This document shows, piece after piece, positions 22,837 through 37,800 of a stretch of DNA of 64,000 nucleotides (the first letter of the stretch is position 1; every line of letters starts with the position of its first letter). Position numbers and translations under genes: made by a program. The notes beneath the pieces are model-generated. The model did no database searches. It was not told where the DNA came from and worked only from the letters and a program-made list of their open reading frames with translations. Origin of the DNA: Ramazzottius varieornatus (taxonomy: Eukaryota; Animalia; Tardigrada); contig BDGG01000011.1 of NCBI GenBank assembly GCA_001949185.1, forward strand, positions 951,552 through 1,015,551, given 5' to 3'.

Positions 22837-25318
22837 CTAGTTTTTGACGCCACGAATTCGGCAGATTGCTTCATTCTTGTATATTGGCAGCAGTTTGTCG
22901 TCTGGTTGTTCACTGAGGACCTGGATCAATAGCTTTTCGTCCACCAACTTTTTGTCACAGAGCGTGGCCATGTAGTGCTGGAATGGATCGCAGAAGACGT
23001 GCTTGCCAGAAACCGATGTGAAATTCCATGCGCCTACATCTCCGCTTCTGATACTCCCGAACCGGTGTTCCCTCGTTCCATCTTTTATGCTTCCAAAAGT
23101 AAAAGTGGCGGTGTGGCCGAACACTTTCCATGAAAATTCCACCGCTTCCTTCCCGATTCCCTTACTGTAGATTGTAGCTAACTTTTTGCAGGCAAGTTCT
23201 GGATTATCGCCTAACTGCAAACGCCCAATTGTCACTTGCTGGTTGGTAGAGTGGCAGTCACGGGCTTTCGTGTCTATGAGACATCTCATGAAATAGGGAT
23301 GGGACAATTTTGCATCAGGCTTCGTGTCAGTCAGAAACGGATGCTCCGCTAGTAAGCCATAGTCCAACCGGTCGGCAGGGTCCACTTGCAATAAGCAGCC
23401 TAGGAGGCATTGAAGTTCCTTCGATGCCAGAGTAGAGGGCAAACTTGGAACTCGACTTTGAACATTAGACTGAAGTTGCTTCAAAACTTCCTTGCCCACC
23501 GTATTGGGCCCGTAATTCATGCCCCCAACTGCATCTGTCGGGTCCAAATCAGACAACTCTTTTCGACCACACAAACTGGCATACAGAATCATTCCGAGAC
23601 TCCATAAATCGGCTTTCTCGGTATACGAAGCCACATCTCTACCGTGTTTGTTGCCAACCCACTGCAGTACTTCTGGTGCCATGTATAAGAATGTTCCGCG
23701 AGCGTATGTGCTGATATTTTTCGTTTCTGAAAGTTTCTTACACGACCCGAAGTCGGCAATCTTTAGCACAATATCGGTGTACTTCAGTTCTTCGTTGTGC
23801 ATTTCACGCGCCTCACCACCTTTCGATACATAAAGAAGGATGTTAGCCGGCTTCAGGTCCCTGTGTACTATACCGACTGCGCGTAAAGTGCTGATTCCAT
23901 TTGCAATTTGCTGCGAGAAGCATTGCAGCTCACTTTCCGGACGTTTCCCCATTCCTGCAAAGAAGTAGTATGGCAGAGCAGAGCATCACCTGGGCTGCAG
24001 CAGTTCAGCGTACTTTGTAAATACTGCTCAAAGTCTCCTCCATTGCAATATTCCATCACGATGCGCAACCTACGTTCTGCAAACACCTGAAACGGTATAA
24101 CAATTATTAATACAACAGCGTGGAGGTACATGCAGGCCTGGTAAGCCGGGTTAATTCCAACCTCGTGGGTTTCAAAGACCTGTACCAGATTTGCGTTCCT
24201 CATGGGCGAAAGAATCTGAAACAGAGCCGCGCTCACAGTTAGGCAATCCATACACAAGATCGTTGATTGTTCATTATTGATTCAACAGTAGTCAGCCGTT
24301 AGACATTTCCGGTGCCATGAAACTTTACCCTTATAGCGCTCAGCTCTCGCTCAATAGTTTTATAGTTTTCGACGATCGAAGTATCCACGTGCTTTACCGC
24401 TACGAATTCCCCCGTCTAAACAATAAGAGACAGTCATGTTGTGGCCACGACAAATTCAAACTAGTAAGATTATGTTCAGCAATGAATTTCGAACAGTGAT
24501 TCATCACGGCAGGCACGCCGCAAACCGTTCTACTTGGTACATACTGTACACCGGCTCTCATAAGTATTCGGTCACCCCCATCTTTACCAGAAAATTCATA
24601 TCTTCCTTCCTATTTAGCCGACTCTTATACTCTTAACTGAATTACAGAGAAGAATGTTTTGTATTTCCACTCACGTGACTTGGGATTCATCTCAACAATA
24701 AATCAACTCGCAGCTATCGACTGGGAAACCCTCAAAACTGACTCGTTGCCGGCACTCCGCTGTGCCAGTGGTCCGTTTGATGACACAACATCCTATCCAC
24801 TATAAAATCCGACAAACANNNNNNNNNNNNNNNNNNNNNNNNNNNNNNNNNNNNNNNNNNNNNNNNNNCTTCCCAAACTTTTCGTGCGTAATGCCAAAAA
24901 CTTCTCACGTATTCTTATTTGAAAGGCCGATGTTTGCCGGATTTTAGAGTGAGTCGGATGTTGTGTCAACAAACGGACTGATGGCGCAGCGGAGTGCCGG
25001 CAACGAGTCAGTTTTGAGGGTTTCCCAGTCGATAGCTGCGAGTTGATTTATTGTTGAGATGAATCCCAAGTCACGTGAGTGGAAATACAAAACATTCTTC
25101 TCTGTAATTCAGTTAAAAGTATAAGAATCAGCTGAATACGAGAGAAAATATGAATTTTCTGGTAAAGATGGGGGTGACCGAATACTTATGAGAGCCAGTG
25201 TAAGTCTTACCTTTTCGTGACGATATAAAAAGACTATCCCACTGGATCCCCAACCTAAAGCATGTCGATTTTCTACCATCTTGAATTGTCCAGCTCGGAA
25301 ACTACCTGGAGAAACCAT
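22837..25318 (-). CDS. Ser/Thr protein kinase, Atg1/ULK-like, with a divergent C-terminal extension; 5 coding exons
   Basis: LGWGSSGIV (25318-25211), VAVK (~24415-24329), NLVQVFE, IVMEYCNGGD, HRDLKPANILL, IADFG, GTFLYMAPEV, KADLWSLG. Confidence 0.85.
24547..25202. mobile_element. Foldback/MITE with ~250-bp imperfect inverted arms around an N gap, in kinase intron 1
   Basis: TACACCGGCTCTCATAAGTATTCGGTCACCCCCATC... is inverted as ...GATGGGGGTGACCGAATACTTATGAGAGCCAGTGTA. The arms have several mismatches and TA ends. Confidence 0.8.
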
Positions 25319-25842
25319 TGCGGTATTTGAACGGCAGCAGGTGGGTTCTACTCGGTAAGCTAGGAAAATAACGGACTTGTCGAAGCAGCACAGATCGATG
25401 CCTGAACAGCCTTGCTACAAAGGTTGGGCAACATTGGCGGCAAAATAACTTTGGGTTTCACGGCGGTTGTTCACATTCAACCAAGCATGCGGCGAATATG
25501 AAGTTTGTTTAGACTATCTCTATAAGCCAGGCCTACGCCGAGTATGATAATGCTCAACGCACTGTATCTTCAGTTAATATTTGGGCTTGCCAGATGGATA
25601 ACGGTGTGGTTCTCTACCAAACCTTCCATAACCTATCGTCTACCATCGTAATTCGACAACTTTTGCGATGTACAACGCTTTGGAGGCAAACGCTTGTCCC
25701 TAATGAGGGATATGATTTTTTCAAGTGGATGTTCAGAAAACAGTTGCAAGTCATACTTCCGCACCTAATAGCACCTGCCGCAGGACACTTGCTACAGAAA
25801 ACTGAGATGCAACAAGGTAAAAGTTGGCAGGAACGCGGTCAT

Positions 25843-28800
25843 TTATATGTCCAGAACGAAAGCCACACCAGCGCGAACCCACTTTTCCGGGTCGCTGTCA
25901 CACGGGACGGAAAGATGAAAGGCAAGATCGGCGCGACTGGCTGTGCAAAACACCGGCACAGCCACAGTGTTTCCATTGACTGAAGCATCCCCACTAGCTC
26001 CCTAAGAGAAACATACACATCAAAATGCTTGTACACTTTTGGTTCCCTGAACACGTTATTGGCGATTCGACCTACCTGTGAAACCCAGGCCACATAACAT
26101 GCGGGAGCCGAAACGCTGCTGGGACTATCATACAGGCACTCCTTCAGCGTTGTGCCGTCAAAGAGTGCTCCTTCAAGCCGAAGGCCCACCAGGCTCACGG
26201 TATACGGAATACTCTTTATGGCGGTCAATGACCACTCATTACGAAACACCAGTTGCTCCAGCGGCTGGTTTGACGAGCTAGACAATACGTCAGACTTGAG
26301 CTGCGTCACCGACTTAGAAACCTATGGTGCTCGTCCATAAGCGGCAGGTACGTACCGAGCTGCAAGATGCCGCAGTATCCCAGTCATCGTCTGTGGGTGA
26401 AACATTCTACCCATCTCTACCCGCAATCCAGGCAGGCTCTTCTGGGCTTGAGAAACCATCGTCAAGCAATACGCCAACTTGTCGTCGATGGCTTTCAGAA
26501 ACGTGGCAGGATCCAGAGGACCAACTTCCCATACCGACAGCCATTTTGAAGGCGTCTACATGAAAATAACAGTCGTTAAACGGAACCCAAAATGCTACTG
26601 TATACTGTAATGCGCCTTGAACTTTCGCAAACTCATCACAGTTTGCGCAGCATTGTCGGGATGAAGACGCATACAGCACAGGCTTACTGTAACGTTAGTT
26701 CGCCAAGTTCCGGAAGCATTACAGTGTGTTTTAAAACAAACCAGGGTAACGGACCTCGCCCAGTTTCAGCTCACTGCTCGTATCCAAAGAATCGGCCCGA
26801 GTCGTTGTTGCCTCGTCCTTCGAATTAATAGCCGCGGTGACATCACCATGGGCAGCTTTGACGAAAATGGCGCCGAATGCAATTTCCTGTTGGAAAAACT
26901 CCACCAGAGAGTTCGAGGACTGTCGTTGGAGGGTATCTTCAGCGGCATAGCTTGCCCATTTCTAAAAGCCAAACATCTGAGACATGGAACTTGCAGCGCC
27001 GGTCCATAATAAACCCCGTTCAGGCCACATCGCTACCACCTTCTGAAAACCAGAGCTCTCTCCACCAAAATGTTTTCGCGTCGAACAAAGCATCCGTAGA
27101 TAGAAAAAACAATGGCCTATCATGATCAAGAACAAAATTCGGCAAATTGTATAAGGCACGGCCATATGACGAATTTTTGTTACAACGGAAGACCCTCGAA
27201 AAAGACGACAACGTTCGCAGATTTTCAGGCATTTTTCAAAAATCGTTTTCTTAATTTTGTCTGCTTTTGTCTGTTAACAGTTGAAACAAATAGGACATTA
27301 ACCAGGCTACCTGCGACATGCTTGATAGCTGAAATAAACCGTCCGAATCAGAAGTTATAATTTTTGACGTGGAAGGGGGTTTCCCGGAAAAAGGGCCAAA
27401 TTCCAAGTTCCAAATTTATTTTGTAAATTAGCTCGACTTTGTTGTCGTTGTTTTCGGTTTTATATGATGAAACAAATAGTTTTACACTTTTCAAATTGAA
27501 GTTGGAAGCTGCTGCTCAGAAATGGGGTATGTGAGGTAATTGTTTCTCCTTGGCACAGCGTCTTCCCTACCCGAAGTTAAAGTCTAGGTTTTTCGCGGGT
27601 TGTCTCTCACTGAACTGGAAGGCGCTATGATTTCATGGAATCAGCTTGAAACGCTGTATGAAACACCCTGAGAAACAAGGAGAGACTATCTTTGTTGATC
27701 TTCGGAAGCGCTATTTTTCAAGTGGCAGCGTTGTGGCCTGAACAAGCTGTAGAATTCTCCGTCAAATCATTCATTACTTTTAGCAGAACCGAAGCTATTT
27801 CGACCAGTCGATCAGTACCCCCGTTAACGGTACTCGCTTTCTCCACCGAAGCTCGTTGCAGCCCTTTCAAGTCTGTCATGACTCTGTTGCTGTCACTTTT
27901 CTGAAGCGCTCCATCAATATTCGCCGGTAAGCCCAATACTTCGGGTGCTTCACGTTCCGGCATTTGTTTGACGTACTCGATAAACGCCGCCAGCGAACTC
28001 ATCGATGGCATGCCACCTTGCCCGAACAGCCTTCCATCAATACTATGCCCAAAGAAGGCTTGAACATACGAGATCAGCACTCGCAGATCGACCTCCAGAT
28101 CCACTCGACCACCGTAGACGACGTCAGTCAGCAGCCCACGAATGTGCGTCTCGCTGCTAAAAGAACTCTGAGAGAACTTGGCTACGACTCGCATGGCACT
28201 TCGGAGGTCGCTGGCGTTAAACTCGTAGAACTTCGTCCAGCCTCGTGGGACGAAGTTGCGTCGTTCTTGAAGAACTGCGTGTACCCACAAGAGGAGGAGT
28301 TGGAAGCGCTGGCTTGACGGGCAACTGCTGATGGTTTGTCGAATACTCTCCGAGGACTCTTTCAACGTCAGTTGGAGATTGTGCTTTACAGCGGGTGGCG
28401 CTGCAAAAGATTGAACAGTGACACTATCGTCGGCAGGTTCCGTAAGACAGCGTGAGACAGAACACCAGTGTTTACCTTCATAAACGCATTTCAAGGTAGC
28501 TTCCAGTAGCGGGACAGGAACAGAGTCGGCAGACTCCGTTGTCATCCACAAGCGAAAAGTCTGCGCGGGCTGAATGCCGCGAACTGCCTTCGACAGACGC
28601 TGGAAGAATGTCGGTACCAGATGTAAGTTCTCCAAGCACAGCCAGGTACCGTTCTCCGCAGCCGACCGAATGGCAGTAACGGCTGACTCTACATCCCGCT
28701 GACCCATTGCAAACTACATCAACAAACCAACGGTGACATTCACCATCTGAATGTCTGCTGCCAGAATTCTGTCCTATTTTCCAGGAACATCTTACGCACC

Positions 28801-31800
28801 ATTTGGATAGATTTTCCAGGCGCCCGTTCCGTCGCCAGTTCCCTTAGATCAACCGACGGATCTGTTCCACCAGCTGTGACGATCAAGATCGGAGTCTGGG
28901 CGTTACTATCTTCTAACAAGCCTATCAGCGAAGTATCCACTGACAAATCAGCAAGCTTCAAACTCTTGGCCAAGAACAAGGACAGAGCGCTGATGAGCCT
29001 ATCCGGCCTCAGAACACTGACCACCAATGCTTGCTGGAAGGGAGTCAGTTTCAGGGTGGTAGGAAAGGCTGTCTCGCACTGTGGGTGTTTGATAAAGACT
29101 TTCCATACGCTTTCGTCGTTCAGCTGAAGGGCGGATCGGAGGTCGGGCACTGCTTGGAGAAGGTGGCCGAGACCAGCTTGCTGGTCGGGATCAAGCCAGG
29201 GGAAGGATGTGCTGGAAGGCTTTGAAATGGCTTTGCTGTTGAGAAAGAAAGACCACTCGCCTTCTGTCAACAGCTCCGGGCGGACCATTCGGACAAACTG
29301 CAGGAGGCTGGTCAAGCGGTCCCGTTTGAAGATTGACCGGCTCATGTGTGCGTACACATAATGGATGACCTAGAAAAATTCCAAACATCTCGGTAATGCT
29401 TGCTGTAAAAAGTGTCATCGATACATTACAATCCCCAAAATAAGTTTGTAAGTCTATTGGAACGTCAAGATAATTCGCTAGGGTGGTCTGAAACTTTTGA
29501 ATCGAAACAAGCCGAGGTACTAAAGCTCTCGAGTAGAACAATAGCATCTTATAACCAGGTACGGTTGTGTGTGGCAACTTGTCCTGGGGCCCTACTAGAT
29601 ACGGCGGAGTCATATTCTGATATCAGAATATCTAGCTCCGATCACTACCGTGTTTAGCGGCCAGGCCTTGTGGTCTTGGTCGTATCATGCGGCCTCGACT
29701 GTAGATATCGGTTCATATCCCCTCTGACGCCAAGAAACCTGGCCGAACCAGGGCAGAGGGACCGGTATCAAAAAGCCCGATGTTCCGAGGGTCTCCCTGA
29801 AAAGGGCTTTCAAGTTGATCAAAGAAAGAACTCTCAATTGCGGATGACTCTGACTTTCCAGTGCATACAATAAATACATGTTTATGGGTACTGTCAAATT
29901 ACAGTAGAAGGGTAAGTCATACGAAAATTCCGAAAGGTGCTTTTCTTAGCCTATTTTGTAGAGGATAAAAAGCTGCATCAGAATTTGGAATGCCGCAAAA
30001 GGCCGCACAGGGGAAATTCGGCAAAAAAAGACTGAAGTATGGGTGTCCCATGTTGAAACACCTGGGAGAAAACGGAAAAAGTCGATTCCTAAACAGTTGG
30101 AATAAATTCATGCTTTACCCTTCTAGATTGACAGTACCCATATATGTAAGTTCCTGCAAAGATACGTACAATATCGGACTTTCCTGATCATGGATCAATA
30201 ACAGGATGAGTAAAACTTGGATTTCCACCGCTGGCTGGAGTTTGTCTGAAAGTTCGGCCCGATCTACCTCACGCTTTTCGTTTCGATATTTCTTTTCTAT
30301 TGGGGATATTTTTACATCAATAGGACGGAATTAAAGAGTCAAATATGTACGACGGGCTGCTCAAGGCAGATATGGGCTCGGAGGATCAGAAGCGTGCTTT
30401 TGTTTCCGTCCTGCGCGACATGACGAAACATCGGTAGAGGCGGACATCGGCATGATACGGCCAACTCCTTGGCACCGCCAGCTCTGATATGTGCCATGGC
30501 TGGCAGCCACGGAATAGATCGGAGCTCTGACGGGCTGCTGTTTTGGACGATCAATCTGCGACGAAATTAGCTGCGCCAACTTACTCGCGATATCGCTGTT
30601 TACACGAGTTGCTGGCTTCAAAAGCCCGATGTTTCGAGGGCTCCCCGAAAGGGGTTTCAATAAATCAAGGAAAGAACTTCAGGTACTGTCAACCACTCTG
30701 CTGGCAAAATGGTTTCCAACCTAAAGTCATCCCTAAGCTCTGTTTCGAAAACGAGCGGACTCGCACCTGATAGAAAGCGACGGCGCAAAACTTTTGTAGT
30801 TGATTCTTGACATGGTCATCTTTGGCCAAGTTCTCCACGGCTTTCTGGTACAACTTCAGGAACATGGGCAGCCCGAACCTGTACAGCGGATTCAATTGGT
30901 GCAGATCGCGCAGGGCGAAGTAGACCGCACAACACTTGTTGGCCAAGATGGCGAAGACCGCTTGGTCCTTATCCAGCGTTTCTTTCACTATTCTACTCTC
31001 CTCCAAATTCTTCTCTATCACCAGCGACGAGCTCTTGGTCTTGTTCAGTGATTCTTGCAGTTCTACGTTCTCCAATATATTGCCCTGACTGTTGGCTAGT
31101 TCATTCAGCAACGAATCCTCCAAGGCAGTCAGTTTTATTTTCAAATCTTCTTGTGCTTTCAACAATTCTTTCCGTTGGCGCTCAACTTCCGGTAGTTTAC
31201 ACTCGATGACGATACTGAGAAGTTGATTGGCCAAACCGGCGCGTGTTGGAGTGAAACTGATGACGTTCAGAAGAGAAGCGGTTTGTGGATGGATTGGCAG
31301 GTTAGAGTTGCGCGTGGTGAGCAAAAGGCGGAACTGAGGATGAAAATCGAGGAGCTTCTCCCCAATTTCTGTTTGGAGACGCGCGCCTTGCTTAGCCATG
31401 TCACGGCGCAGCAGCGGAACGAGGACAGGATCGATCTTGTCGGCCACTTCGACTATCAGTGTCTTGCCGAAGCGAACGCTGTGCTCCAGGATAGACTGAA
31501 AGTTGGTGTCTTCTTGGTCGACCGTCTCAACCCTATAACGCTCAAAAAGCCTGCGGTAGGGTAACATTCACTACTTTATGTTAGTAGCAGTTTGACGTAC
31601 GTTGTAGATTTCAGGAATGTTTTCATCCAGTTAGTAATGGACGTTGCTGGATCGATGATCAATGGTGGAGCATCAGTGTACTGCAGGATGACAGCGTTCT
31701 CCATGGAGAGAGTATCGGCTGATAAACCGTCGGCTCGCCATTGCAGTCGGGTAGATTCGGTAGTCATCAGATTCACCAAATCAAAGGACTCCACTCTGCA

Positions 31801-34800
31801 ATACATCAAACTTATTGTGTGGTAACGACAGCACCAAGTACACTACAGTGAATTTAACCAAGCTTTATGTCGGACCAATTGGCCAATCTTTGGTTGACCT
31901 TCTGGTCAAATTCTTTGGCCAATGGTCAAATTAAAATGGCAGATTTTGACCAATGGTCAAAAATATTGCCCAAAAAGTCAACCAAAAATTGGCCAATCGG
32001 TCCGACCAAAGCTTGGTCAAATTCACTCTAAAGTAAACAGTCCGGACTTACTTGAAGCGCTCTGTCCAGCGGCCCATGACGGCTTTGCGCTCATCCTCGC
32101 TGCAAGCCGCCAGGTAGGTGATAAAACCGGCAGCCAACAAGGCGTTCAGCTGTAGCTGTTGTTCGCTCAACGACGTTTCCTTCAACTAGAAAACGAAAAC
32201 TAAGCGTTTACTACACATCCCATGGAAGTGATACACATGCCGCCTTGGTTGAAGTTGAACCTGGGTGGACCAGCGGGTGTATTCGTCTTCCAATTTCTCC
32301 ACCACCACTTGGGCCACTTTGAGCCGTTCACTCAAGCGGTTCAGTTCGATCTTCATCACTGCTGCTTCTTCCGTCAGCTGCTGGAAGCTGGCTTGCAGCA
32401 TGTCAATGCGGTCGCTGAGTTTGCCAATATGCAGGGACGCATTGGTCACCCTCTTGGCGTGACTGTCGATCGTACTGCAAAAATAATCCCAATCCGTATG
32501 TAAACTAAAATTAAAGCTGGTGCCTTTTCTTGAGCGTTATTGAATAAGATTATGTACACGCAGGACGAGAAATTATGGTAGAGGCCTTTTCGCTACGGCG
32601 GTACAGGAGCACGTACGTACGCGACCGATTCACAGTAACACATTTTTCGACACTTTTCTACGGTCGAATTGCCATTTCGCCGTTCTTTCCGCCTGCCCCA
32701 TAATTTTTACTGTACCATAATTTCTCGTCTTGCGTGTACCGCCGATGCTTAACACTAGTGACAAACCTGCGTACACGTCTCCATTGGTAGTATTTTTTCT
32801 ACGATAGGTCTGCTGAAAAGCACTCTACCTTTCCAGTTTGCGCTTTTCGGCTGCCAAAGGCGCGATCTTATCGTAGACCTCGGCGTACTTCACGCAGGCT
32901 TTCACCCAAGCTGCCAATGGCGCTGCCGCCACCGACCCTCGTTTCGCCGTCTCTTCTTCAAAGGATGTCTTGAATTTCTCCAAAACAGCTTGGGTTTGCC
33001 GTAAATTCTCCTTTGTGACTTTCTCCGCATCAAAGCGAATGATTTCGTCCTTGACAGTGGGAGTCAGAAATCTAGAAAGAAGTTGATTGTTCTGTAATGT
33101 TACTGACACACAGCTGGAAACCAAAGACGCGGATGGCTTACGCTCTCATGGCGGACCATGACGTGTCCTTGTTTCCGAATATCTTCAAGACACCCTCGAG
33201 GATATTGTGAATGACCGTAGGTGGCGCGCGAAGTGACTTGATTTCACTCAGGTCCGTTGTTTTGATTTTGTTCACTGCGGCTTTGGCGCCTTCCAGCATC
33301 GGTAGAACATCCTGCAGCTCCTGCGCAATATCTCGCTCCCGCACTAGCAGTTTCTCCCGTTCTTTCTCCAAATCTGCCTTCAGCATGGTCACTTCCTGCG
33401 AAAACGAAACATTTCCTTCACCCAAGTGTAGTATTGAAATGGCGAAGGCGGACAAGTGCCTTTTCCTGAATTGCGCACAGATCCAGCCAGTCATACCGCA
33501 AACACGCACCACTTGGACAAGCTCGAGGAGATCGTTTGTCCAAGTGGCGCATGCTGGCGGCCAACTACGCTGAAGATGTGCGCCACTTGGAAAAAGTCCA
33601 GTGTCAAGTTTCTACTCCGGGTTGCCCATCGTGGTTACCTCCTTCTGAGTGTTTGCTCCTGACATTCCCTCTCTGATTTCCTCCATAGCCCGCTTGGCTT
33701 CATCTTGCTTGCTGGCCAAAGCTTTGTGTTGATCGCCGACGGTGCGCTTGAGAACCATGACGTCACTTCGAGCCTTTGTCAGCTGGTCCAGCCCTGCGAA
33801 AAGCATACAACTTCCTCGGCTTGTCGAAACACGAAAGTACCACCTGGTGACGTTCAGAACAGACCGGCTTGGAGTCGTTGTGAGTGCCGGCTGGCTTTGG
33901 AAGTTAGGCCGGTCCGGACTGAGTGGAATGTCCGGAGAAACTGATAGAATTTAGCGGTCGATTGCATGGTTGGAGGGGACGTGGAATGGATGAACAGCAT
34001 ACTCTGCGCCAGTTGACTGGATAACGACTTTTTTGGTGTCTCCACTGACGTGGTGTCATCGGTTATGGGACTTCCTGCTACCACCACACCCTGCGGAATC
34101 TGTAAGTACGAGGTAAGTGTACGAGCTAAAAAATTCAAGTCAGTGGTCAGTGTGGACTTGCCGACTGTAGAATGCTTTCGGCCAAGTTGTCACTGGACAA
34201 GGTGTGGAACGTTGTGCAAAGCGAAGGTACTCTCTCACAAAGGGAAGTGAACCGATTTCCCGTGTTGTCCATTGTCAGGACACAATGAAAATTTTGTTTA
34301 ACACCTGAAAGATCATCTGCTCTTTGCGAAGTTTCATTCAAATCAAATGTTTCATCAGCTTTTCGGAGGGACATGTGATTTCCGATTGCATAATATTGAA
34401 TGGTCTTACGGTAGGAAAAAAAGTCAGCCGGTGATTTATCGAAATTCTCCTGTACCATTTGGTCGACCAGCAAGCCGTCAACTTTTTCCGTTTCCTCGTC
34501 CGAGTAGAGTCCAACGTACTCGCCACCCGACAGCAGACTGGTTACCATTTCCAAAAATATCGGCTGGACGATTTGCACGTCTTCCAGCAGTAAGACCACG
34601 TTCTCGTTTCTGACCACAACCATTTCCAAGACCTGTTCAGTAACAGTAAAACCGTTTCTACGAAATGCCAATTTAACGAGTACATTCATCAACTCACTCG
34701 TTTAAAGTCCGTCTGGAACTGTTTGACACCATAGCCCCTGCCCATCTTTAGTTTCATCAGCACCCCTTGTTCTAACTTGGCCGCAATAACTGCCACGGTT

Positions 34801-37800
34801 CGGCGTCCATACCCTGACGGTGCCGCTATCAAGACCGACCCACCAGGTTGACCCAGCCAATGCGCCACCCTGACGACGTCTTCCACCAGTACATCGTGGA
34901 CATACACCTCCATCACACAGTTCTCCCGGTTGAGCACCCTCACCGCTGTCTGGATATTGACCTTCATTTCTTCCATCGATGTCTTGACCAACTGCCGACC
35001 GAGCAGTGGTAGTGGCGCACCGTCAATGACACCTGTTACACCCGAAGCGAAGATGGTGTCGCGGTCGACACTGATCGAAGGGAAAGACTCCTTCAGAGCG
35101 GTACTCAAGATGCCGTCGAAGAGCGCTCGATCGGCTGATAGAGTGAGTTTGTCACGGAAGAGTCGGACGGCTTCGTTGCATAGGCTGGTTAGGAGGAGAG
35201 AACCGCTTTGGTCGGTGAGGTGGTAGCGGTGGAGCGAGGTGACCAGCGAAGTGAGGTCTGTCAGAGTGAAGATATGGAGGGGATTACACGCAGACGGGAA
35301 GCGTTGGCGGAGGTCGAGGAAAAGTGCAACAACCATTTGGCAAAGCTTTTCGACGTTGCTACTGCGTGACCATATTGGGTGATTTTTACACTGCGTCAGG
35401 ATGATGTTGGCGAAATGGGACGAAGCGATGCGTTGCAGCTCTTCGGTATCAGGGAAACTAAAACAGCCAATTCAATAAACAGATTGTAGAAAAAAACATT
35501 CGCACTAAAGAAAACGTTGCACACAATCAACTGGTCGAAATCAGCCAGTCAAAATCAGTATCAATAACACAGCCTAATGTACAGGAAACTGCGTCTCTCG
35601 AATTTTCTTCTAAGATGCGCGTACGTACCTGATGGAAGTGGGGCATACGGCAGCAATCAACCGGCTAGATACGACCTCTTCTTTACCGCCGCTCATGGTC
35701 ACCACCAGCTGGACACTTTCCAGTTGGACCCAGTCGCCGCCGCCGTCAAAGAAGCCACCCTGGTCCACCACTTGCCGGACGAACGCTTCCACTGGAGAAT
35801 GACCCCATTTGTCCCGTAGTACCACGTGCAAGTCTTTGACGACAACCACTAGCTTGTCCACATTTTTCGGCCGCAGGATTTTGCCTTGTGCCGTCGGAAT
35901 GGCCAGACAAGCTCGCTTAATCTGTCAATCAAGAAGTCGCTCTGGCTTCTCCAAATTTGTCATGTTCAACTTTTTCAAAATAGATTCTGTACCTTGCCGC
36001 TGATGATACTGGGGTTGGTCCCACTTGTACACTGTACCGTTATCGTGCTTCTGACTTGGCCGTACTCCAAGGCTGTTCTCAACACTGTCCCTTTACCACA
36101 GCCAACAGGTCCGGACAGCAACACGCTTTCCCCGTTCTTCAACCAGGCAGCGACCCTTCTGGCCGCAAGTTCTTGGGACGGTATGGCAAAGACCCCATCT
36201 AAGCCGTTCTTCTGCTCATCGTCGACCCTAACAGCTTTCAGCGTTTCACCTTCCGGGTCATACACTAAATTGGCAGGTTGGTGTGGGTCGGGTGCATCAT
36301 AGCCCGCTTTCTTTAAAATCTCACTAGCCAACTTTGTCGCATTGTCGGTCGAACCGGCAAGTGGACTCAGTGCTTGGATCGTTCGAGCAGCAAAGTCACT
36401 GCGGTTTGTAGCGTTGGAGAGCAGACGAAGAGCCACCTGAAGTATGGAAACTTCGGATATGGAAGTCAAGCTTGAAGAGGACCGCAGAGAGGCGGTACGA
36501 GAGACGGCGGGGAGAAGAATATCGTTGACATGGTCTTTGAGGAACAACTGAGCTTCGGCAGGCTGACGCAGAATCCATGCCTCAGCTACCGATCTACCGC
36601 TTACGTCTTGTACACTGCAATCACACAACCAGAACTCTTCAATGGCATTGGGACGACTGTAATGAGAATGCTCTACCTGAAGAATACCATGCCCATGCGG
36701 GAGACCGTTGCAGGTGATGCCGCCTTCAATTCGTCCGTTTCGAACAGCAGATTGACATTCGACGGCAACCGCAGCCGTTCCCCCGACGGCAACGTCAACA
36801 GTCTATTGTCATCCAAGACGGAATTCAACGACTCGATCCAGTTTGGATCGATGTCGCCATCCAAGACGATCCATGCCGCGCTCTGGTCAGCCTGCGCAAC
36901 TACCTCCCGGACACACGTTGTCAGAACACCGTCTGTCCATTCCCGGGTGGTCTCATCGACCGAACCAAGGAGCTGCAGTTTCGGCATGGCTGTCGGGTTG
37001 ATGATACGGAAGGTGACGGGTTGGTTGGCCGAGTTCAGCGCGGAGTGAAGGAGACGCCAAACAGATGTCTTGCCAGAAGTAGCGGGGCCCACAACGACCA
37101 CACCGATACGTTGCGCCAGCTGATCGCGTAATTCGAGCGCCTTTCGGGCCTAATCATTCAAAACTCGATTCAAACTCGATTCAAACTCAATTCAAAACTC
37201 GCCCGAATTACTGCGAATTCTGCTTCCATTTTTTTATTACTGCTTTCAGACGTTTCTCCTGGGAGAAAAAGTTACCTGAATGGGGTTTTCGATTAGGCCC
37301 AACGTTCCGAAGCTACTCTTCAAAGCCGCTTCCAACGGCACATCATCAGCGACTTCCTGCTTTGCCGAAGGAAAGCCGTCGTGCATCAGGTCCAGAAAGC
37401 GCTTTTGATCGCTCATGACCAACTTGGACAGCATATTGGATTTCACCGCCTGAACCACAGCGGAGGCTTCCTGGCCTTCGCTCGGCTGGTCGTCAATGCC
37501 TAAACTGGATTTCGAGGCGCTTTTCTGCGAAGCCAGTGATCGACCCGCCATTTGGATGGTGGATTTGATTGCACGTAGACCCCAGTCGTAGTGCTGTTGT
37601 TGGCTCAACAGCTGCCTGAAACAAAGCGTTAGATTTGTCAAACTGAAACCGAGACGGTAGAGGACATGAGGGAGCTCGGCAGACAAATTCTAACAAGTGA
37701 CGACCGTTTGCCGGCACAGCACTGAATCCGTGCGCCGGTTGGCAACTCGACAAGATCATTCTCCTCGCACGATCTGACGACTGTGCCCAACTGGCGCACG

